This document shows, one piece after another, positions 54,501 to 64,000 of a stretch of DNA of 64,000 nt; position 1 is the first letter of the stretch, and each line of letters starts with the position of its first letter. The DNA is from Auanema rhodensis (lineage: Eukaryota > Animalia > Nematoda). The stretch is from NCBI GenBank assembly GCA_964057225.1, contig OZ059896.1:20956001-21020000 (forward strand). The letters run 5' to 3'. The position numbers were made by a program, and so were the translations under genes. Under the pieces are notes generated by a model. That model did not search any database. It saw only the letters and a list, made by a program, of their open reading frames with translations, and had not been told where the DNA came from.

Positions 54501-57500
54501 TACATCAAGAAACGCTTGATACAAAAATTAGTTATGATCGTTTGAAAAATGATGCATTAGTGTATGTTGAGTTTCCATGTTCACTCAACATTGCTTCCAA
54601 AAACATTTTGACAAAAATTTTTTCGAAAAATTTCAAAATAATTTAGCAAGAAGTAGATGTTTTTAGATTTCTTTTTTCAAGGCAAAGACGATGGACAATG
54701 TTATTCAACGAAAAAATTAATTCTTCAGGGTGAAAATCGAGGATATAAGTGTGAACTTATATCAGTTGATATCTCGGTGCATTTCTAAGCTAGCGCAAAT
54801 CTGATAACACAGATCGACGCAGCTTAAAAATCCGCATCGAATGCACTATACTACATTGAGAAACGCTTGATACAAAAATTAGTTATGATCGTTTGAAAAA
54901 TGATGCATTAGTGTATGTTGAGTTTCCATGTACACTCAACATTGCTTCCAAAAACATTTTGACAAAAATTTTTTCGAAAAATTTCAAAATAATTTAGCAA
55001 AAAGTAGATGTTTTTAGATTCCATTTCTCAAGGCAAAGACGATAGACAATGTTATTCAACGAAAAAATTAATTCTTCAGGGTGAAAATCGAGGATATAAG
55101 TGTGAACTTATATCAGTTGATATCTCGGTGCATTTCTAAGCTAGCGCAAATCTGATAACACAGATCGACGCAGCTTAAAAATCCGCATCGAATGCACTAT
55201 ACTACATTGAGAAACGCTTGATACAAAAATTAGTTATGATCGTTTGAAAAATGATGCATTAGTGTATGTTGAGTTTCCATGTACACTCAACATTGCTTCC
55301 AAAAACATTTTGACAAAAATTTTTTCGAAAAATTTCAAAATAATTTAGCAAAAAGTAGATGTTTTTAGATTCCATTTTTCAAGGCAAAGACGATAGACAA
55401 TGTTATTCAACGAAAAAATTAATTCTTCAGGGTGAAAATCGAGGATATAAGTGTGAACTTATATCAGTTGATATCTCGGTGCATTTCTAAGCTAGCGCAA
55501 ATCTGATAACACAGATCGACGCAGCTTAAAAATCCGCATCGAATGCACTATACTACATTGAGAAACGCTTGATACAAAAATTAGTTATGATCGTTTGAAA
55601 AATGATGCATTAGTGTATGTTGAGTTTCCATGTACACTCAACATTGCTTCCAAAAACAGTTTGACAAAAATTTTTTCGAAAAATTTCAAAATAATTTAGC
55701 AAAAAGTAGATGTTTTTAGATTTCTTTTTTCAAGGCAAAGACGATGGACAATGTTATTCAACGAAAAAATTAATTCTTCAGGGTGAAAATCGAGGATATA
55801 AGTGTGAACTTATATCAGTTGATATCTCGGTGCATTTTTAAGCTAGCGCAAATCTGATAACACAGATCGACGCAGCTTAAAAATCCGCATCGAATGCACT
55901 ATACTACATTGAGAAACGCTTGATACAAAAATTAGTTATGATCGTTTGAAAAATGATGCATTAGTGTATGTTGAGTTTCCATGTACACTCAACATTGCTT
56001 CCAAAAACAGTTTGACAAAAATTTTTTCGAAAAATTTCAAAATAATTTAGCAAAAAAAAAGATATTTTTAGATTTCTTTTTTCAAGGCAAAGACGATGGA
56101 CAATGTTATTCAACGAAAAAATTAATTCTTCAGGGTGAAAATCGAGGATATAAGTGTGAACTTATATCAGTTGATATCTCGGTGCATTTTTAAGCTAGCG
56201 CAAATCTGATAACACAGATCGACGCAGCTTAAAAATCCGCATCGAATGCACTATACTACATCAAGAAACGCTTGATACAAAAATTAGTTATGATCGTTTG
56301 AAAAATGATGCATTAGTGTATGTTGAGTTTCCATGTACACTCAACATTGCTTCCAAAAACATTTTGACAAAAATTTTTTCGAAAAATTTCAAAATAATTT
56401 AGCAAGAAGTAGATGTTTTTAGATTTCTTTTTTCAAGGCAAAGACGATGGACAATGTTATTCAACGAAAAAATTAATTCTTCAGGGTGAAAATCGAGGAT
56501 ATAAGTGTGAACTTATATCAGTTGATATCTCGGTGCATTTCTAAGCTAGCGCAAATCTGATAACACAGATCGACGCAGCTTAAAAATCCGCATCGAATGC
56601 ACTATACTACATTGAGAAACGCTTGATACAAAAATTAGTTATGATCGTTTGAAAAATGATGCATTAGTGTATGTTGAGTTTCCATGTACACTCAACATTG
56701 CTTCCAAAAACATTTTGACAAAAATTTTTTCGAAAAATTTCAAAACAATTTAGCAAAAAGTAGATGTTTTTAGATTCCTTTTTTTAAGGCAAAGACGATG
56801 GACAATGTTATTCAACGAAAAAATTAATTCTTCAGGGTGAAAATCGAGGATATAAGTGTGAACTTATATCAGTTGATATCTCGGTGCATTTTTAAGCTAG
56901 CGCAAATCTGATAACACAGATCGACGCAGCTTAAAAATCTGCATCGAATGCACTATACTACATCAAGAAACGCTTGATACAAAAATTAGTTATGATCGTT
57001 TGAAAAATGATGCATTAGTGTATGTTGAGTTTCCATGTACACTCAACATTGCTTCCAAAAACATTTTGACAAAAATTTTTTCGAAAAATTTCAAAATAAT
57101 TTAGCAAAAAGTAGATGTTTTTAGATTCCATTTTTCAAGGCAAAGACGATAGACAATGTTATTCAACGAAAAAATTAATTCTTCAGGGTGAAAATCGAGG
57201 ATATAAGTGTGAACTTATATCAGTTGATATCTCGGTGCATTTTTAAGCTAGCGCAAATCTGATAACACAGATCGACGCAGCTTAAAAATCCGCATCGAAT
57301 GCACTATACTACATTGAGAAACGCTTAATACACAAATTAGTTATGATCGTTTGAAAAATGATGCATTAGTGTATGTTGAGTTTCCATGTACACTCAACAT
57401 TGCTTCCAAAAACAGTTTGACAAAAATTTTTTCGAAAAATTTCAAAATAATTTAGCAAAAAGTAGATGTTTTTAGATTTCTTTTTTCAAGGCAAAGACGA

Positions 57501-60500
57501 TGGACAATGTTATTCAACGAAAAAATTAATTCTTCAGGGTGAAAATCAAGGATATAAGTGTGAACTTATATCAGTTGATATCTCGGTGCATTTTCAAGCT
57601 AGCGCAAATCTGATAACACAGATCGACGCAGCTTAAAAATCCGCATCGAATGCACTATACTACATTGAGAAACGCTTGATACAAAAATTAGTTATGATCG
57701 TTTGAAAAATGATGCATTAGTGTATGTTGAGTTTCCATGTACACTCAACATTGCTTCCAAAAACATTTTGACAAAAATTTTTTCGAAAAATTTCAAAATA
57801 ATTTAGCAAAAAGTAGATGTTTTTAGATTCCTTTTTTTAAGGCAAAGACGATGGACAATGTTATTCAACGAAAAAATTAATTCTTCAGGGTGAAAATCGA
57901 GGATATAAGTGTGAACTTATATCAGTTGATATCTCGGTGCATTTTTAAGCTAGCGCAAATCTGATAACACAGATCGACGCAGCTTAAAAATCTGCATCGA
58001 ATGCACTATACTACATCAAGAAACGCTTGATACAAAAATTAGTTATGATCGTTTGAAAAATGATGCATTAGTGTATGTTGAGTTTCCATGTACACTCAAC
58101 ATTGCTTCCAAAAACATTTTGACAAAAATTTTTTCGAAAAATTTCAAAATAATTTAGCAAAAAGTAGATGTTTTTAGATTTCTTTTTTCAAGGCAAAGAC
58201 GATGGACAATGTTATTCAACGAAAAAATTAATTCTTCAGGGTGAAAATCAAGGATATAAGTGTGAACTTATATCAGTTGATATCTCGGTGCATTTTCAAG
58301 CTAGCGCAAATCTGATAACACAGATCGACGCAGCTTAAAAATCCGCATCGAATGCACTATACTACATTGAGAAACGCTTGATACAAAAATTAGTTATGAT
58401 CGTTTGAAAAATGATGCATTAGTGTATGTTGAGTTTCCATGTACACTCAACATTGCTTCCAAAAACATTTTGACAAAAATTTTTTCGAAAAATTTCAAAA
58501 TAATTTAGCAAAAAGTAGATGTTTTTAGATTTCTTTTTTCAAGGCAAAGACGATGGACAATGTTATTCAACGAAAAAATTAATTCTTCAGGGTGAAAATC
58601 GAGGATATAAGTGTGAACTTATATCAGTTGATATCTCGGTGCATTTTTAAGCTAGCGCAAATCTGATAACACAGATCGACGCAGCTTAAAAATCCGCATC
58701 GAATGCACTATACTACATTGAGAAACGCTTAATACACAAATTAGTTATGATCGTTTGAAAAATGATGCATTAGTGTATGTTGAGTTTCCATGTACACTCA
58801 ACATTGCTTCCAAAAACATTTTGACAAAAATTTTTTCGAAAAATTTCAAAATAATTTAGCAAAAAGTAGATGTTTTTAGATTCCTTTTTTTAAGGCAAAG
58901 ACGATGGACAATGTTATTCAACGAAAAAATTAATTCTTCAGGGTGAAAATCGAGGATATAAGTGTGAACTTATATCAGTTGATATCTCGGTGCATTTTTA
59001 AGCTAGCGCAAATCTGATAACACAGATCGACGCAGCTTAAAAATCTGCATCGAATGCACTATACTACATCAAGAAACGCTTGATACAAAAATTAGTTATG
59101 ATCGTTTGAAAAATGATGCATTAGTGTATGTTGAGTTTCCATGTACACTCAACATTGCTTCCAAAAACATTTTGACAAAAATTTTTTCGAAAAATTTCAA
59201 AATAATTTAGCAAAAAGTAGATGTTTTTAGATTTCTTTTTTCAAGGCAAAGACGATGGACAATGTTATTCAACGAAAAAATTAATTCTTCAGGGTGAAAA
59301 TCAAGGATATAAGTGTGAACTTATATCAGTTGATATCTCGGTGCATTTTCAAGCTAGCGCAAATCTGATAACACAGATCGACGCAGCTTAAAAATCCGCA
59401 TCGAATGCACTATACTACATTGAGAAACGCTTGATACAAAAATTAGTTATGATCGTTTGAAAAATGATGCATTAGTGTATGTTGAGTTTCCATGTACACT
59501 CAACATTGCTTCCAAAAACATTTTGACAAAAATTTTTTCGAAAAATTTCAAAATAATTTAGCAAAAAGTAGATGTTTTTAGATTTCTTTTTTCAAGGCAA
59601 AGACGATGGACAATGTTATTCAACGAAAAAATTAATTCTTCAGGGTGAAAATCGAGGATATAAGTGTGAACTTATATCAGTTGATATCTCGGTGCATTTT
59701 TAAGCTAGCGCAAATCTGATAACACAGATCGACGCAGCTTAAAAATCCGCATCGAATGCACTATACTACATTGAGAAACGCTTAATACACAAATTAGTTA
59801 TGATCGTTTGAAAAATGATGCATTAGTGTATGTTGAGTTTCCATGTACACTCAACATTGCTTCCAAAAACATTTTGACAAAAATTTTTTCGAAAAATTTC
59901 AAAATAATTTAGCAAAAAGTAGATGTTTTTAGATTTCTTTTTTCAAGGCAAAGACGATGGACAATGTTATTCAACGAAAAAATTAATTCTTCAGGGTGAA
60001 AATCGAGGATATAAGTGTGAACTTATATCAGTTGATATCTCGGTGCATTTTTAAGCTAGCGCAAATCTGATAACACAGATCGACGCAGCTTAAAAATCCG
60101 CATCGAATGCACTATACTACATTGAGAAACGCTTAATACACAAATTAGTTATGATCGTTTGAAAAATGATGCATTAGTGTATGTTGAGTTTCCATGTACA
60201 CTCAACATTGCTTCCAAAAACAGTTTGACAAAAATTTTTTCGAAAAATTTCAAAATAATTTAGCAAAAAGTAGATGTTTTTAGATTCCTTTTTTTAAAGC
60301 AAAGACGATGGACAATGTTATTCAACGAAAAAATTAATTCTTCAGGGTGAAAATCGAGGATATAAGTGTGAACTTATATCAGTTGATATCTCGGTGCATT
60401 TTTAAGCTAGCGCAAATCTGATAACACAGATCGACGCAGCTTAAAAATCCGCATCGAATGCACTATACTACATTGAGAAACGCTTAATACAAAAATTAGT

Positions 60501-63500
60501 TATGATCGTTTGAAAAATGATGCATTAGTGTATGTTGAGTTTCCATGTACACTCAACATTGCTTCCAAAAACATTTTGACAAAAATTTTTTCGAAAAATT
60601 TCAAAATAATTTAGCAAAAAGTAGATGTTTTTAGATTCCATTTTTCAAGGCAAAGACGATAGACAATGTTATTCAACGAAAAAATTAATTCTTCAGGGTG
60701 AAAATCGAGGATATATGTGTGAACTTATATCAGTTGATATCTCGGTGCATTTTTAAGCTAGCGCAAATCTGATAACACAGATCGACGCAGCTTAAAAATC
60801 CACATCGAATGCACTATACTACATTGAGAAACGCTTGATACAAAAATTAGTTATGATCGTTTGAAAAATGATGCATTAGTGTATGTTGAGTTTCCATGTA
60901 CACTCAACATTGCTTCCAAAAACATTTTGACAAAAATTTTTTCGAAAAATTTCAAAATAATTTAGCAAAAAGTAGATGTTTTTAGATTCCTTTTTTCAAG
61001 GCAAAGACGATGGACAATGTTATTCAGCGAAAAAATTAATTCTTCAGGGTGAAAATCGAGGATATAAGTGTGAACTTATATCAGTTGATATCTCGGTGCA
61101 TTTTTAAGCTAGCGCAAATCTGATAACACAGATCGGCGCAGCTTAAAATCCGCATCGAATGCACTATACTACATTGAGAAACGCTTGATACAAAAATTAG
61201 TTATGATCGTTTGAAAAATGATGCATTAGTGTATGTTGAGTTTCCATGTACACTCAACATTGCTTCCAAAAACATTTTGATAAAAATTTTTTCGAAAAAT
61301 TTCAAAATAATTTAGCAAAAAGTAGATGTTTTTAGATTCCATTTTCCAAGGCAAAGACGATAGACAATGTTATTCAACGAAAAAATTAATTCTTCAGGGT
61401 GAAAATCGAGGATATAAGTGTGAACTTATATCAGTTGATATCTCGGTGCATTTTTAAGCTAGCGCAAATCTGATAACACAGATCGACGCAGCTTAAAAAT
61501 CCACATCGAATGCACTATACTACATTGAGAAACGCTTGAAACAAAAATTAGTTATGATCGTTTGAAAAATGATGCATTAGTGTATGTTGAGTTTCCATGT
61601 ACACTCAACATTGCTTCCAAAAACAGTTTGACAAAAATTTTTTCGAAAAATTTCAAAATAATTTAGCAAAAAAAAGATATTTTTAGATTTCTTTTTTCAA
61701 GGCAAAGACGATGGACAATGTTATTCAACGAAAAAATTAATTCTTCAGGGTGAAAATCGAGGATATAAGTGTGAACTTATATCAGTTGATATCTCGGTGC
61801 ATTTTTAAGCTAGCGCAAATCTGATAACACAGATCGACGCAGCTTAAAAATCCGCATCGAATGCACTATACTACATCAAGAAACGCTTGATACAAAAATT
61901 AGTTATGATCGTTTGAAAAATGATGCATTAGTGTATGTTGAGTTTCCATGTACACTCAACATTGCTTCCAAAAACATTTTGACAAAAATTTTTTCGAAAA
62001 ATTTCAAAATAATTTAGCAATAAGTAGATGTTTTTAGATTCCTTTTTTTAAGGCAAAGACGATGGACAATGTTATTCAACGAAAAAATTAATTCTTCAGG
62101 GTGAAAATCGAGGATATAAGTGTGAACTTATATCAGTTGATATCTCGGTGCATTTTTAAGCTAGCGCAAATCTGATAACACAGATCGACGCAGCTTAAAA
62201 ATCTGCATCGAATGCACTATACTACATCAAGAAACGCTTGATACAAAAATTAGTTATGATTGTTTGAAAAATGATGCATTAGTGTATGTTGAGTTTCCAT
62301 GTACACTCAACATTGCTTCCAAAAACATTTTGACAAAAATTTTTTCGAAAAATTTCAAAATAATTTAGCAAAAAGTAGATGTTTTTAGATTCCATTTTTC
62401 AAGGCAAAGACGATAGACAATGTTATTCAACGAAAAAATTAATTCTTCAGGGTGAAAATCGAGGATATAAGTGTGAACTTATATCAGTTGATATCTCGGT
62501 GCATTTTTAAGCTAGCGCAAATCTGATAACACAGATCGACGCAGCTTAAAAATCCGCATCGAATGCACTATACTACATTGAGAAACGCTTAATACACAAA
62601 TTAGTTATGATCGTTTGAAAAATGATGCATTAGTGTATGTTGAGTTTCCATGTACACTCAACATTGCTTCCAAAAACAGTTTGACAAAAATTTTTTCGAA
62701 AAATTTCAAAATAATTTAGCAAAAAGTAGATGTTTTTAGATTTCTTTTTTCAAGGCAAAGACGATGGACAATGTTATTCAACGAAAAAATTAATTCTTCA
62801 GGGTGAAAATCGAGGATATAAGTGTGAACTTATATCAGTTGATATCTCGGTGCATTTTTAAGCTAGCGCAAATCTGATAACACAGATCGACGCAGCTTAA
62901 AAATCCGCATCGAATGCACTATACTACATCAAGAAACGCTTGATACAAAAATTAGTTATGATCGTTTGAAAAATGATGCATTAGTGTATGTTGAGTTTCC
63001 ATGTTCACTCAACATTGCTTCCAAAAACATTTTGACAAAAATTTTTTCGAAAAATTTCAAAATAATTTAGCAAGAAGTAGATGTTTTTAGATTTCTTTTT
63101 TCAAGGCAAAGACGATGGACAATGTTATTCAACGAAAAAATTAATTCTTCAGGGTGAAAATCGAGGATATAAGTGTGAACTTATATCAGTTGATATCTCG
63201 GTGCATTTCTAAGCTAGCGCAAATCTGATAACACAGATCGACGCAGCTTAAAAATCCGCATCGAATGCACTATACTACATTGAGAAACGCTTGATACAAA
63301 AATTAGTTATGATCGTTTGAAAAATGATGCATTAGTGTATGTTGAGTTTCCATGTACACTCAACATTGCTTCCAAAAACATTTTGACAAAAATTTTTTCG
63401 AAAAATTTCAAAATAATTTAGCAAAAAGTAGATGTTTTTAGATTCCATTTCTCAAGGCAAAGACGATAGACAATGTTATTCAACGAAAAAATTAATTCTT

Positions 63501-64000
63501 CAGGGTGAAAATCGAGGATATAAGTGTGAACTTATATCAGTTGATATCTCGGTGCATTTCTAAGCTAGCGCAAATCTGATAACACAGATCGACGCAGCTT
63601 AAAAATCCGCATCGAATGCACTATACTACATTGAGAAACGCTTGATACAAAAATTAGTTATGATCGTTTGAAAAATGATGCATTAGTGTATGTTGAGTTT
63701 CCATGTACACTCAACATTGCTTCCAAAAACATTTTGACAAAAATTTTTTCGAAAAATTTCAAAATAATTTAGCAAAAAGTAGATGTTTTTAGATTCCATT
63801 TTTCAAGGCAAAGACGATAGACAATGTTATTCAACGAAAAAATTAATTCTTCAGGGTGAAAATCGAGGATATAAGTGTGAACTTATATCAGTTGATATCT
63901 CGGTGCATTTCTAAGCTAGCGCAAATCTGATAACACAGATCGACGCAGCTTAAAAATCCGCATCGAATGCACTATACTACATTGAGAAACGCTTGATACA
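51594..64000. repeat. Block of at least 11 monomers duplicated at an offset of 8424 bp (24 monomers)
   Basis: Monomers from 51594 and from 60018 match variant for variant, including ATGTTCAC+CAAGAAG (monomers at 54401 and 62825) and CCATTTCTC (54752 and 63176). Confidence 0.9.

Larger units (their letters stand above)
1..64000. repeat. Tandem satellite DNA array, 351-bp monomer, 182 full copies plus 123 bp, head-to-tail; extends beyond both window ends
   Basis: TGAACTTATATCAG recurs at 1, 352, 703 ... 3511, 7021, 14041. After six 1-bp deletions and one 1-bp insertion the last copy starts at 63878 (1+182x351-5), which matches the sequence. No unique sequence interrupts it. Confidence 0.99.

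Noticed and set aside
55981-56193. 70-aa ORF MYTQHCFQ...
   Set aside because: In typical monomers this ATG (m177) frame stops after about 29 codons (…LAKSRCF*). This copy has 9 A rather than the 8 A in sister alleles (monomers at 49839, 50541, 52997, 61421), and the frameshift bypasses the stop. It is a single copy, may be a homopolymer error, and has no recognisable domain.
1-64000. CRISPR array
   Set aside because: There are no unique spacers; the entire 351 bp repeats, and no cas genes are present.

Overview
The whole window is one uninterrupted head-to-tail satellite DNA array. It holds 182 complete monomers plus 123 bp of a 183rd, all in the same orientation. The monomer is 351 bp and about 32% GC (hand count of the first copy), and copies differ by only a few substitutions. 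By my count 175 monomers are 351 bp, six are 350 bp and one is 352 bp. I find no credible protein gene, RNA gene, CRISPR array, TE insertion or inversion. The single 70-aa ORF is a by-product of a 1-bp insertion in an A run. Two levels of structure are informative. (1) Within the monomer there are several dyad symmetries, including a perfect 9-bp inverted repeat around GTGA at every junction, extended by an imperfect inverted repeat that makes the unit look like a tandemised MITE-like element, plus an A/T-tract block. (2) Along the array, diagnostic variants define successive sub-domains and local higher-order repeats (2-, 3-, 4-, 5-, 7-, 11-mers and a duplication offset by 24 monomers), with mosaic monomers marking recombination points. 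This looks like a eukaryotic, probably invertebrate, centromeric, pericentromeric or subtelomeric satellite. I cannot name the family or species from sequence alone. Monomer positions (m1-m351) are counted from TGAACTTATA as at window position 1.
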